Assembly (NCBI RefSeq): GCF_001194135.2
Contig: NC_068984.1
Span: 120,389,933 to 120,453,932 of the forward strand
DNA: 64,000 nucleotides
Direction: 5' to 3'
Origin: Octopus bimaculoides
Lineage: Eukaryota
This document shows, one piece after another, positions 11,289 through 22,372 of this stretch (within the stretch, counting starts at the first letter, position 1; every line of letters begins with the position of its first letter). The notes beneath the pieces are model-generated. The model saw only the letters and a list, made by a program, of their open reading frames with translations. It did no database searches and was not told the origin of the DNA. The position numbers and the translations under genes are program-made.

Positions 11289-11490
11289 TTAAATCTTTTG
11301 TCACTATACTTCTGTCGAAATAATCTACATTTGTTTCTATAAATTTTGAAAATAATGAAGAGTTAATGATTTTGTCACTCTTAAGTTGGTGTTTTGGAAT
11401 ATAAGTTAACATGACATTTTGATGGGAGGTTTTGATTTAAATTACTTTAAACCAAGAAGTTTGCATCATACAACCAAGGGTGGCCTCTGA
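11289..11490. mobile_element. MITE P1, right end degenerate
   Basis: Same body as 10676-10971. Confidence 0.65.
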
Positions 11491-11634
11491 CCAATGTGCA
11501 TGCAAGACTTTTGATGTGAAATCGTATGTTGAAACAGATATTGTTGTATTTGGGGATGGTCATGTTTCCAGCTTAACCAATAAAAGCACACACATACATA
11601 TATATACACACACACGCACACACACATATACATC

Positions 11635-11666
<32 letters not shown>

Positions 11667-12628
11667 GTGACAATTAGTTGGTTGTCATAATAAAACTCAG
11701 AGTTTTGAATGCNNNNNNNNNNNNNNNNNNNNNNNNNNNNNNNNNNNNNNNNNNNNNNNNNNNNNNNNNNNNNNNNNNNNNNNNNNNNNNNNNNNNNNNN
11801 NNNNNNNNNNNNNNNNNNNNNNNNNNNNNNNNNNNNNNNNNNNNNNNNNNNNNNNNNNNNNNNNNNNNNNNNNNNNNNNNNNNNNNNNNNNNNNNNNNNN
11901 NNNNNNNNNNNNNNNNNNNNNNNNNNNNNNNNNNNNNNNNNNNNNNNNNNNNNNNNNNNNNNNNNNNNNNNNNNNNNNNNNNNNNNNNNNNNNNNNNNNN
12001 NNNNNNNNNNNNNNNNNNNNNNNNNNNNNNNNNNNNNNNNNNNNNNNNNNNNNNNNNNNNNNNNNNNNNNNNNNNNNNNNNNNNNNNNNNNNNNNNNNNN
12101 NNNNNNNNNNNNNNNNNNNNNNNNNNNNNNNNNNNNNNNNNNNNNNNNNNNNNNNNNNNNNNNNNNNNNNNNNNNNNNNNNNNNNNNNNNNNNNNNNNNN
12201 NNNNNNNNNNNNNNNNNNNNNNNNNNNNNNNNNNNNNNNNNNNNNNNNNNNNNNNNNNNNNNNNNNNNNNNNNNNNNNNNNNNNNNNNNNNNNNNNNNNN
12301 NNNNNNNNNNNNNNNNNNNNNNNNNNNNNNNNNNNNNNNNNNNNNNNNNNNNNNNNNNNNNNNNNNNNNNNNNNNNNNNNNNNNNNNNNNNNNNNNNNNN
12401 NNNNNNNNNNNNNNNNNNNNNNNNNNNNNNNNNNNNNNNNNNNNNNNNNNNNNNNNNNNNNNNNNNNNNNNNNNNNNNNNNNNNNNNNNNNNNNNNNNNN
12501 NNNNNNNNNNNNNNNNNNNNNNNNNNNNNNNNNNNNNNNNNNNNNNNNNNNNNNNNNNNNNNNNNNNNNNNNNNNNNNNNNNNNNNNNNNNNNNNNNNNN
12601 NNNNNNNNNNNNNNNNNNNNNNNNNNNN

Positions 12629-12733
12629 GTGTTTTTGCTCAATAAACACTCACAACGCCCGGTCTGGGAATCGAAACCGCGATCCTCTGACCGCAAGTCC
12701 ACTGCCCTAACCACTGGGCCATTGCGCCTCCAC
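12629..12733 (-). mobile_element. SINE-C head (younger copy), runs into a gap
   Basis: Reverse complement GTGGAGGCGCAATGGCCCAGTGGTTAGGGCAGTGGACTTGCGGTCAGAGGATCGCGGTTTCGATTCCCAGACCGGGCGTTGTGAGTGTTTATTGAGC matches the 20088 head. Confidence 0.85.
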
Positions 12734-12734
12734 A

Positions 12735-12782
<48 letters not shown>

Positions 12783-13820
12783 TGCACACACACGCACACA
12801 CACACACATACGTATATATATTTCTGCAACTCCACACTCTGTTTTCTATCTTTCTGTCTATCCCTCTATAATCCTCAATATTTTCCCTTTCTCCTCCTCT
12901 TTCCTTGCTGACCCCTGCCTGTCTTTCTTTCACTCCCTACTATCTTTTGTACCTTCTCCCTTCTCCTCATTCCCTTTCTTTCTTTCCCTCATCCTCTCTC
13001 TTGTCCCCCTCCCCCTCTGCCTGTTGCTCACATGTCAATACAGGCCATTTCTCTCACCTCTGTCTTTTCTGGATGAGACATCAACCTAGCTAAACATCAT
13101 TTCTTTCACCTCTTGATATTTTTTCTCTTCTACTATTTTCTTCTCTTCTACTTATTCTGTATCCTTTTAATATTTCTCCCAGGCATTACCCATTACAATT
13201 CGTCTTGGCCTAACACCCTTAATGTTTGTCTTCATCAATTCTTTACTCTGTATGTCCACTCTGTTTGTTCGTTTGAAGCCCTAACTCTCCACAAATTTTA
13301 TATTTTTAAAATTTCTGGATGCTGCTGTCTTATGAAGTTTTCCTATCTTGTCATTGAAAGCATGAAATAGGGAGTAATAAAACAGTCGATAACTATCGAG
13401 GAGTTATCTTCATTTGGTATTTTGTCTGGTACTCATCTCTCGTATGTATACATATCTTGTTGGTGATGTCCTGTACTTATCTCTCGTGTGTTTACGTATT
13501 TTTCACTCATTGGTGATGTCCTGTACTTAACTTGTATTTTTTGTTCATATATATATATATATANNNNNNNNNNNNNNNNNNNNNNNNNNNNNNNNNNNNN
13601 NNNNNNNNNNNNNNNNNNNNNNNNNNNNNNNNNNNNNNNNNNNNNNNNNNNNNNNNNNNNNNNNNNNNNNNNNNNNNNNNNNNNNNNNNNNNNNNNNNNN
13701 NNNNNNNNNNNNNNNNNNNNNNNNNNNNNNNNNNNNNNNNNNNNNNNNNNNNNNNNNNNNNNNNNNNNNNNNNNNNNNNNNNNNNNNNNNNNNNNNNNNN
13801 NNNNNNNNNNNNNNNNNNNN

Positions 13821-13857
<37 letters not shown>

Positions 13858-13860
<3 letters not shown>

Positions 13861-14000
13861 GGCTTCTTTCAGTTTCTGCCTATCATCCATTCAGTCCAGG
13901 GCTATAGTAGAAGGTAATTGTCCAAGGTTCCACACAGTGGAACTGAACCCAAAAACCATGTATTCTTACAATAAAGAAGCAAACTTCTTAACCACACTGG
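13858..14000 (-). mobile_element. SINE-A head fragment
   Basis: GGGCTTCTTTCAGTTTC..GGCTATAGTAGAAGG..GTGGAACTGAACCC..CTTCTTAACCACAC. Confidence 0.7.
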
Positions 14001-14323
14001 CATAACATGCTTTGAACTCCTAAGATATAACAAAACACATCAAGTATCACTGTTTTGCTGTCTTTCATAGAATAACCATCAGGTGTGATAATACTAAATG
14101 ATTGACTGGCTAAAACTTGTGAATGATATTCAAATACAGAGGAAAATAGTTACAAAGGCATTTATAACTTCATTACATCTTGAATAAATATTATTTCATC
14201 ATCTTATTTCTTTATTTTATATTTGATACTAAAACATTATAAAAGAAGTGAAAAAAATTTCTGTGTTAGTATTTAAATGGCAAATCTATTATTTAGGTTA
14301 GAAGATTAAACTATATTATAATT

Positions 14324-14760
14324 AGGCAGTGGATTGGCAAAATCGATAGAGAATTTGGTAAAATGCCTTGTAGCGTCTGTTCCAGCTATTCATATTCTGA
14401 GTTCAAATCCTGCTGAGGTTAACTTTACTTTTGATCTCTCTGTGGTTGATAAAATAAAGTACTAATCAAGTACTGAGATTAATGATATCAACCAACTGCT
14501 TCCCCTCAAAATTGCTGCCCTTGTATCTAAATCAGAAACAATTATAAGATAGTGAGCTGCAAGAACTGTTAAATTGTCAGTAAAAATGCTTTATGGTGGC
14601 TCTTTAGGTTCTGAGTTCAAATCCTGTGGAGGTCAACTTTGTCCTTCATCCTTTTGGGGTCAATAAAATAAAGCACCAGATAAGTACTGGAATTTATGTA
14701 ATTGACTGATCCTCTCTCCCCTCAAAATTACTGGAATTGTGCCTAAATTTAAGACAATAC
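14324..14760 (+). mobile_element. Two tandem SINE-B copies (14324-14546, 14547-14760)
   Basis: Each has TTCTGAGTTCAAATCCTG..GAGGT(T/C)AACTTT..GATAAAATAAAG..CCCCTCAAAATT. Confidence 0.75.
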
Positions 14761-14771
14761 TCTTATTGTTA

Positions 14772-15233
14772 TTGAGTGTGAGAGCAGTGTATGCCATCTA
14801 AGTGACACTGGGATAAAATATACGGAGCCCATTATACCCATCATGACTACCCGTCTGATAAGGATACACCAGACTCATGCACTACAACCATATGTGCGTG
14901 ACATGGTGATCTCATATCAAGATAAACAGTACATGACCTCGCAGGTGGGGCCCAGTTAGAATTTTCTTCAGGTTGAGTAGCCCATCCTACTCAAAATGTC
15001 CCTGAATAAGGGTTGTTTAAGGATGTTGAACGAAACACCCATGTTTCCAAAGGTGAATTATCCAAACCCAAAGAATTCCTCTCAACAGATGGCTATGATG
15101 CTCCCCCTCTACTTCTGCTCATGATCAGAGATGCACATATCGTCAGCCACCAAGGGACATGCTCAACTGGTTAAGGTCAAACAACTGACAAGCAAATCTG
15201 TGGTATTAAGCAGAATATTTGCTATAGCCCATC

Positions 15234-15236
<3 letters not shown>
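14772..15236 (-). mobile_element. Unclassified ~460-bp interspersed repeat flanked by (AAT)n in its sense orientation
   Basis: GC-richer block between TTATTGTTATT (14762-14771) and (TTA)n (15236-15268); no Pol III boxes or ORF seen. Single copy here, so its repeat status rests on my recollection of octopus repeats. Confidence 0.5.
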
Positions 15237-15267
<31 letters not shown>

Positions 15268-15268
<1 letters not shown>

Positions 15269-15722
15269 GGTGGTGTGCTGACAGAATCATTTCCACACTG
15301 GACAAAATGGATAGTGGCATTTCTCTTGGCTTTATACTCTGGCATTAACTTAATCTTTCATCCTTTTGGTGTCAATAGAATAAGCACCTGTTGAGCACTG
15401 GGGTCAATATAACTGACTTACCCCTTCAACTAAAATTACTAGCCTTGTACCAAAATTTTGAACCCATTATTATTGCTATTGTTATTATCTGGTTTCAGTA
15501 AGGCAGCAAGCAGGCAGAATTGTTACTATGCTGAACAAAATGCTTAGCAGCATTTCTTCTGACCATTACGTACTGATTTCAAATGCTACCTGGGTCAACT
15601 TTGCTTTTCATCCTTTTGGGGTTGATACAATAAGTACTAGTTGAGCACTGTGGTCGATGTAATTCACTTAGCCCCCACCCCGCCCAAATTGCGGGCCTTG
15701 TGCCAGATTTTGAAACCATTGT
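15268..15722 (+). mobile_element. Two tandem SINE-B copies (15268-15472, 15499-15722)
   Basis: CTTTCATCCTTTTGG..GAGCACTG(G/T)GGTC..GCCTTGT..TTTTGAA repeated; preceded by (TTA)n at 15236-15268. Confidence 0.78.
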
Positions 15723-16526
15723 TGTCTAGTTTCAATAACCTTATATATATCTTCAACCAAGAATGCAATTTACTCACATATACAAAAATGTAATTTACTT
15801 ACATAACAGAAATACACCTGACCTGTTCCTTCAACCTTTCTGATCACTTATAATGCATTTTAAATATGTGATTACTCAGAAAGAAAGAAAGAAAAAAAAA
15901 AAAGAATTATTTTCTTTCTTTTATTTTTTAGTCATCTTTTGACAACTTAGTACCTTCCATTTGTCTGTATTTGAGATTAAATGTTTTAGTCGTTAATTCA
16001 GCTAATCAACTCAGTATAGATTTTTATCTTAATTCTCTCATTATTGTCTGTATATGACCTTCAGGTTTTTATTTTTTTATTTTTTATTATTTCCCTTTCT
16101 TTCCAACTACCACAGATTTAGCTGGTGTGTATGTTTATCAGTGGTGTGTAGCTGGTGGGTGTGTTGTACATATGTATATCATCATCATCATTTTAATGTC
16201 CACTTTTCCATGCTTGTATGGGTCAGATGGAATTCTTTAGGGCAGGTATTTTTATGGTCCGTTACCCTTCCTGCTGCTAACCTTCACCTGTTTCCAAGCA
16301 AGCTAATACTACTTCCTTGTAGCCATACCTGTTTTCATGGAAGACTGGAAATGAAAGACTTCTTTGGTCAACAAGTGCCAAGTGCTCTGAGGGAGACACA
16401 TAAAGAAGTCGTGAAAACTTATCTCATGGACAAAGTAACAAAAGATTGCAACAAGTGGTGAGATGATCTGCTGAAGAAGACACATCAAACGCTTGAAAAG
16501 ATTTTGAAAAATGGATGATGATTATA

Positions 16527-16528
<2 letters not shown>

Positions 16529-16563
<35 letters not shown>

Positions 16564-16573
16564 NNNNNNNNNN

Positions 16574-16604
<31 letters not shown>
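16529..16604. repeat. (GA)n microsatellite with an internal gap
   Basis: Read directly from the sequence. Confidence 0.95.
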
Positions 16605-16605
<1 letters not shown>

Positions 16606-16718
16606 GGTATTCAAGCCCCTTCCTATTCCTAAATCACATCCTCATGAAAATGACACCTAAATGTTTATGGTGCGTTTGTTGCTTTCAAGTGTCTATACTT
16701 TGTATATATGCTCCATAT

Positions 16719-17024
16719 AGATTCGACTCATGATTGTAAGGTTGTGAGTTCGATTACCAGTGGTGCATTGTGTCCTTGAGCAAGACACTTTACTTCACAT
16801 TGCACCAGTCCACTCAACTGGCAAAAATGAGTAGTACCTGTAATTCAAAGGGCCGGCCTTGTCACATTCTGTATCACACTGAATCTCCCTGTGAACTAAC
16901 TACATTAAGGGAATGCGTGTCTGGAGTGCTCAGCCACTTACGTGTTAATTTCCCAAGCTGGCTGTTCCATTGATTGGATGAACTGGAATCCTCGTTGTTG
17001 TAACTGATGGAGTGCTAGTATTAG
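16719..17024 (+). mobile_element. SINE-D (5'-truncated tRNA head + CORE/V-like block + tail X), 12-bp target-site duplication
   Basis: TATGCTCCATAT at 16707-16718 and 17025-17036; GAGTTCGATT B-box; TGTGTCCTTGAGCAAGACACTT core. Confidence 0.85.
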
Positions 17025-18949
17025 TATGCTCCATATGAATGTATGTATGTATGTATGTAGGTATGTGTGTATGTATGTATGCATGAAGCAAGTTAAGGAG
17101 CAGGTAGACACCTTTCAAAGAACACGTATTCTGCATGAAGAATTTAAGCGTGCAGCTTGAAAGCGCACTGCTAGTGTAGTGAATGGGGAAAGCTTGGTTT
17201 ACAATGTTTACAGTCACGTGTGCTTGTCAAAAGCAGGGCTTCTTAGCTACCAATGGAGCCGCAGATGCAGAATATAAGTTAGTCCTAGAGTGCACAATGT
17301 TCCTAAAAGGCAGCAATGGTCTTCCTCGGTCACGAGTGGACAGCCATCATGTATGCATGCATCTATGTATATGTATATGTATGTGAGAAGGAAGGCTGTT
17401 TGTCTAAATTCACACTGATATATTCTGCTTTTTGCAGAGGTCTCTCATCCAAAATGAGATATAACTTATAAGGTTAAAGCTAAGGGTACTTGTGGTTGGA
17501 GCAGATTTATATTTATGTGTTGCAAACATAGAAAGATTAATTTTTTAATTCATTTTTTGTATTGAAACAATGTCTTAATTTTTCTGATGGCAAGGGCTTT
17601 GCTAATATGCCTAAATATTAACTTTATGATGTGTTTTTAAACAAAAGTATTTGGTTAAAAGTTGCTAAAAGATAAAACAATGGTGATTTTCTATAGAGGA
17701 ATTCCCTCTAGCTACGTCAAGAATTATATCTCTGTTTTTATATGAATAATCTTTAAGAATTCATTCTATCCAATGAATGTGATTTCCATCCCCTATCAGA
17801 AGTATAAACTCCAGTGGCATATCTCTTGGTGGTAAGGATTGAATCATAAGGTAGAAAATGGAATTATCTCCATGATTTATTAATGAATTTTTCATATCAT
17901 AAATATATATATTCACAGCAGTTTGTTGTTATTTAGCTCTAGGTCAGTCATGAACCAAGCAGATCTATGATCGAAGATGCCCTACTCATAAACAAACTAT
18001 TCCATGTTCCCTTTAGGCTCAGTATATCCAGTACTATGTCATCCAGTGCTCTTTTTGTTTCCTTTCCGTTAGTAGGGTTTATTTTGAGGGAAATTTGGCT
18101 TGGCTGTTGGCTCACATTCAAACCTAATAATATCTTCTTTGCATTTATAATAAAGTTTTCTTTATGATATATTGATTTTTGTCTTTAATTTCAATCTCAA
18201 CTCACTTAAAAGAAATGTTTGTAACATATGGTTGGAAATAATTAAACTTTACAGATACAGATAAATGCTACTAATCCCTACTTGACTTATTAAGGTTGAG
18301 GATAAAGGGATAAATGAGTAATACTGAGATGAAGTGCTAAAAAAGTCGTAAGCTTAATGACTCATTGCTGCAGCAAACCCGAGCTCTCATAGTCCCTGTC
18401 ACCATATGCAACATCACTCTTACAACTCTCCCCAAAACACTAGTATGGTCATGAAAATGCTTTCTCATCCACTAAATCCATACTAACATGAAACAGATAC
18501 ACATAATCTTTGAGATAGAAGCTACATCAATGGACTTATTAGCCCAAAGACTGCTGAGCTGCACAGCTTTGCTGATTAGTGTGAGGGAAGAGCAACTGTT
18601 ACCTTTTGGTTGAGTTCACTTTGTCTGTCTCTGCTGTAATCATTACCAGAATCTAGAGGTGTACAATAATAGACTAGGCAACTGAGAGAGTACATTGTCC
18701 AGACTGCAACAGTGTTCTCTATCTGATTAACCACTGCATGCAGAGTTTGCAGTATGGTACTTAGCAAGGCAAAGGTATATCTGTGGCATTATATCATAAT
18801 TAATAAATCTCAGGCTGCTCTTTCTAGCAGGTCAGATGTCCTATTTTAGGCATCTCTGATGTGTAGAATTATATCTGTAGGTCACTCTTATAGTTATTTT
18901 GCTGATTATAGAAAACTTGGAGCTATGTAACAACACATCAAAATATTGT

Positions 18950-19159
18950 ACTCTTTTACTTGTTTTAGTCATTTGACTGTGGCCATGCTGGAGCACTGCC
19001 TTTACTCAAACAAATCGACCCCAGGGCTTATTCTTTGTAAGCCTAGTACTTATTCTATCAGTGTCTTTTGCCGAACCGTTAAGTTACGGGAATGTAAATA
19101 CACCAACATCGGTTGTCAAATGATGGTGGGGGGACAAACACAAACACAAACATATACAT

Positions 19160-19216
<57 letters not shown>

Positions 19217-19255
19217 AATGGGCTTCTTTCAGTTTCGTTTACCAAATCCACAGTT
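18950..19255 (-). mobile_element. SINE-A (tail 1, microsatellite, part of the middle)
   Basis: CTTTTACTTGTTTTAGTCATTTGACTGTGGCCATGCTGGAGCAC..AAATCGACCCCAGG..CCTAGTACTTATTCTATC..GGGCTTCTTTCAGTTTC. Confidence 0.8.
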
Positions 19256-19273
19256 AATGTTATATTTTGAGGT

Positions 19274-19470
19274 TAGGTGGTGAGCTGGCAGAATTGTTAG
19301 TACACCAGGCAAAATGTACTGAGTTCAAAGTATGCCGAGGTTGACTCTGCTTCTCATACTTTTGGTGTTGATAAAGTAAGTACCTGTTGAGCACTGGGGT
19401 AGATGCAATCAATGTATCTCCCCCCCCCCCGAAATTGCTGGTCTTGTGCCAACAATTTGAAATCAACATT
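19274..19470 (+). mobile_element. SINE-B
   Basis: GGTGGTGAGCTGGCAGAATTGTTAG..GAGTTCAAAG..GAGCACTGGGGTAGATG..TTTGAAATC. Confidence 0.78.
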
Positions 19471-19479
19471 ATATTTTTA

Positions 19480-19850
19480 GGTATGGCTGTATGGCTATAA
19501 AGTTTGCTTCACAACCACATGGTTTTGGGCTCAGCTCCATTGCATGAAACCTTGGGCAAGTATCTTCTACTAAAGTCCAAGTTGACCATAGTCTTGTGAA
19601 GGCATTTGGTCAGTGGAAACTGAAAAAAAGCTTGTCATATATGTGTGTGTGTATATCTCCTTATCTTAACATTATATGATAATTGTAAATAAATATCAAT
19701 CCCATGTAAACATGTCCTGCTTGGAGAAAATGTGAGGGTTGGTGACTGGAAGGGCATCTGACTGTAGAAATTCTGCCTTAATGAATTAATTCCATCTGAT
19801 CCATACAAGCTTACAGAAGTGGACATTAAGATGATGTTGATGATGCTATG
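19480..19850 (+). mobile_element. SINE-A head + RTE-type tail 2
   Basis: GGTATGGCTGTATGG..CCTTGGGCAAGTATCTTCTACTA, then GAGGGTTGGTGACTGGAAGGGCATCTGACTGTAGAAA..GAAGTGGACATTAAGATGATG. Confidence 0.7.
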
Positions 19851-20087
19851 GTATTTGCTGTTGAAGTTTAATACTCTTTCATTGCATATCATAAAAATGG
19901 AATAGAAACTGATAGCCAACTAATATGGCTGAGAGTATTAGATTAAATGTTATTTGAATATTTTATTTTACTCCTCTATGTTGTGAGTTGTATGATACCA
20001 CAGGCAACAAATTTGCTGTCCTGTCTTCTGAGAATGGAAAATAAATAAAGTGTATGACATGTATGTATTAGAGATTATTTAATTTCT

Positions 20088-20470
20088 GTGGAGGTGCAAT
20101 GGCCTAGTGGTTAGGGCAGCGGACTTGTGGTCTTAGGATTGTGGTTTCGACTCCCAGGCCAGGCATTGTGAGTGTTTATTGAGCGAAAACACCTAAAGCT
20201 TCACGAGGCTCTGGCAGGGGTGGTGTGGTGAACCCTGCTGTACTCTTTCACCACAACTTTCTCTCACCCTTTCTTCCTGTTTCTGTTGTGCCTGTATTTC
20301 AAAGGGTCAGCCTTTTCACTGTCTGTGTCACACTGAATCTCCCCGAAAACTACGTTAAGGGTACACATGTCTGTGGAGTGCTCAGCCACTTGCACGCTAA
20401 TTTCATGAGCAAGCTGTTCCGTTGATCGGTTCAACTGGATCCCTCGTCGTTGTAACCGATGGAATACCAT
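20088..20470 (+). mobile_element. SINE-C, full length (tRNA-derived head + tail X)
   Basis: A box TGGCCTAGTGG 20100-20110, B-box-like GGTTTCGACTCCC 20143-20155; 3' half shared with 16845-17015. Confidence 0.85.
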
Positions 20471-20552
20471 ATATTTAATTTCTAGGCTGGTACAAGTTTC
20501 CAGTCTTTACCATTAGAAGAAATCATTATAATGATTTACATAGAGGATATAG

Positions 20553-20990
20553 GTGCAGGTATGGTTTTGTGGTTAAGAAGCTTGCTTTGTAACTTCATAG
20601 TTTTAGGTTCAGTCCCACTGCACCACATCTTGGGCGTTTTCTATTATAACTCTGGGCCTACAATTGCCATGTGAATGAATTTTATAATGGAAACTGCTGA
20701 AGCCTGTAGCATATATATACATACATGGATATATATTAATATGTCTGTATTTGTCTTTGTGTATCTTTGTGTTTACAAACCACCACTAGCACTCGACATC
20801 CAGTGTTGGTTTATTTATGATCCTGTAATTTTGCAGTTCTAGAATAAGTACTAGTCTTCAAAAAGAAAAGAAAGGATTGTACTGATGGAGCTGATTTGTT
20901 GACTTTAGTGTCACCTTTTAGAGTGATGCCCCAGCATGACCACAGCCCAATGACTGAAATCAGTTAATAAGATAAGAGATAAAAAGATAT
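20553..20990 (+). mobile_element. SINE-A, degenerate full length
   Basis: GGTGCAGGTATGG..GGTTCAGTCCCACTGC; tail CCCCAGCATGACCACAGCCCAATGACTGAAA. Confidence 0.65.
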
Positions 20991-21834
20991 CAGAATTGAT
21001 AGAATGCTAGACAAAGTATAAAGAGGCCTTACACTAGTTTTCATGAATGTTGTTTTTTTTTTGTTCAGATTTAAGTTCAGATTCTAAATTGTGTTATAGC
21101 CACTCTTTGACATCATGCCTCTGGGTGATAAAATAAGTGAAGTGAATTATTGATCTGAATTTAATTGACTATCCCTTTTCCTTTGGCCCTGTGCCAGTTC
21201 AAGAAATCATTATCATAAATTATGCAGTTAGGTTTTGTTTTGTAATCTCACCAACTATTCCAACAAAACTAAAATAAAAAATAGGTAAAAATTGTGGATG
21301 TTGATGGTTCTAGTTTGGAAGGTTATACACACATGCACACAAAGATTCATGTGCAGTCACATGTGCCTGTACATACACATGTATAAACTGACACAAATGT
21401 GCACTCTTATACACACATACACATGCACGCACACACACACACACACAGACACACACACACAGAGAGGCACACTGCCAATCTCAGGATTTGACATGCAAAG
21501 ATTTTTATATATAATATATATGATAATCAAGTTCTGTGTATCATTTAATGCTTCAAGCAATTAAAAGACAAACCAAAGCAGTGTTTTAATTTTAAGCCTA
21601 GCTTATGTTGGCAAAAAAAAAAAGATAAAAAAATTATGTTTAAAGTACCTATCATAGTCATTAATAATGAAAAACTTAAAAGCTTAAACTTCAGCTGCTG
21701 GTTTTATCTATTTTAATTAAGTTTTTTTTTAATATTTTATTATATTTTTAGTTTATATTTTAATATTGATTGATTAATTATTTTCTTTTAGCTCTTATTT
21801 CTTAACCCTTTGAACCTACAGCTATGCTTTAGAG

Positions 21835-21897
21835 CAGCTGTCCCCAAACTTTCTTGCACCACAGACCAGTTTCATGCAAGACGATCTTTCCACAGAC
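21835..21897. mobile_element. Isolated hAT/Charlie terminus resembling a MER1/Charlie3 end
   Basis: CAGCTGTCCCCAAACTTTCTTGCACCACAGACCAGTTTCATGCAAGACGATCTTTCCACAGAC preceded by CTTTAGAG; the similarity is to a consensus recalled from memory. Confidence 0.65.
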
Positions 21898-21939
21898 TTA
21901 GGAATTGTTTGTACAACAAAACACAAAGTACATTACATG

Positions 21940-22162
21940 TACAAGTGGGTGCTGAAAAGTTCCTGACTTTAAGGGTATTGCGAAAGGCCTGGTTGCAGGT
22001 CCAACCTTCTGAGTTCTTTTTACAGGGCTTAGAAAAACTGAAGGACTGCTGCAGTAAGTGTGTGAATCTGAGAGGGGAGCATGTTGAATAAAATCATAAT
22101 CAATTGATACTCCTGTATTTTCTTTTATCCAAAGCCAGGAACTTTTCATAACCCCTTGCGTA
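21940..22162 (+). mobile_element. Mariner deletion derivative
   Basis: TA-flanked TIRs GGTGCTGAAAAGTTCCTGACTTT / AAAGCCAGGAACTTTTCATAACC; internal FFLQGLEKLKDCCSKCVNLRGEHVE* resembles the mariner transposase C-terminus (GI..L..RW.KCV...G.YVE). Confidence 0.85.
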
Positions 22163-22372
22163 TAATGCAAAAATATGCTGCAGATTGCAATAATGTATGA
22201 AATAGAAATAAAATTTAAAAAATTTTTCTTTTTCTGTAGCCTGGTACTGGTGTGACTTCAAAAACTACCCCAAACAGTATAAACCTCCATTAGAATATTG
22301 TTATCATTCATAAACTTATCACTTCTGCTGTAAAGACTTCAATAGATTATATTAGTGATAATTTATCTTTCA

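Noticed and set aside
12629-12733. tRNA gene
   Set aside because: No acceptor-stem pairing; continues into a SINE body identical to that at 20088.
14324-15722. SINE-B mobilised directly by Dong
   Set aside because: The SINE-B sense tail is (ATT)n whereas Dong's is (AAT)n, and no shared 3' sequence is seen.
22239-22312. Strong acceptor followed by AWYWCDFKNYPKQYKPPLEYCYHS*
   Set aside because: No donor or homology; insufficient support.
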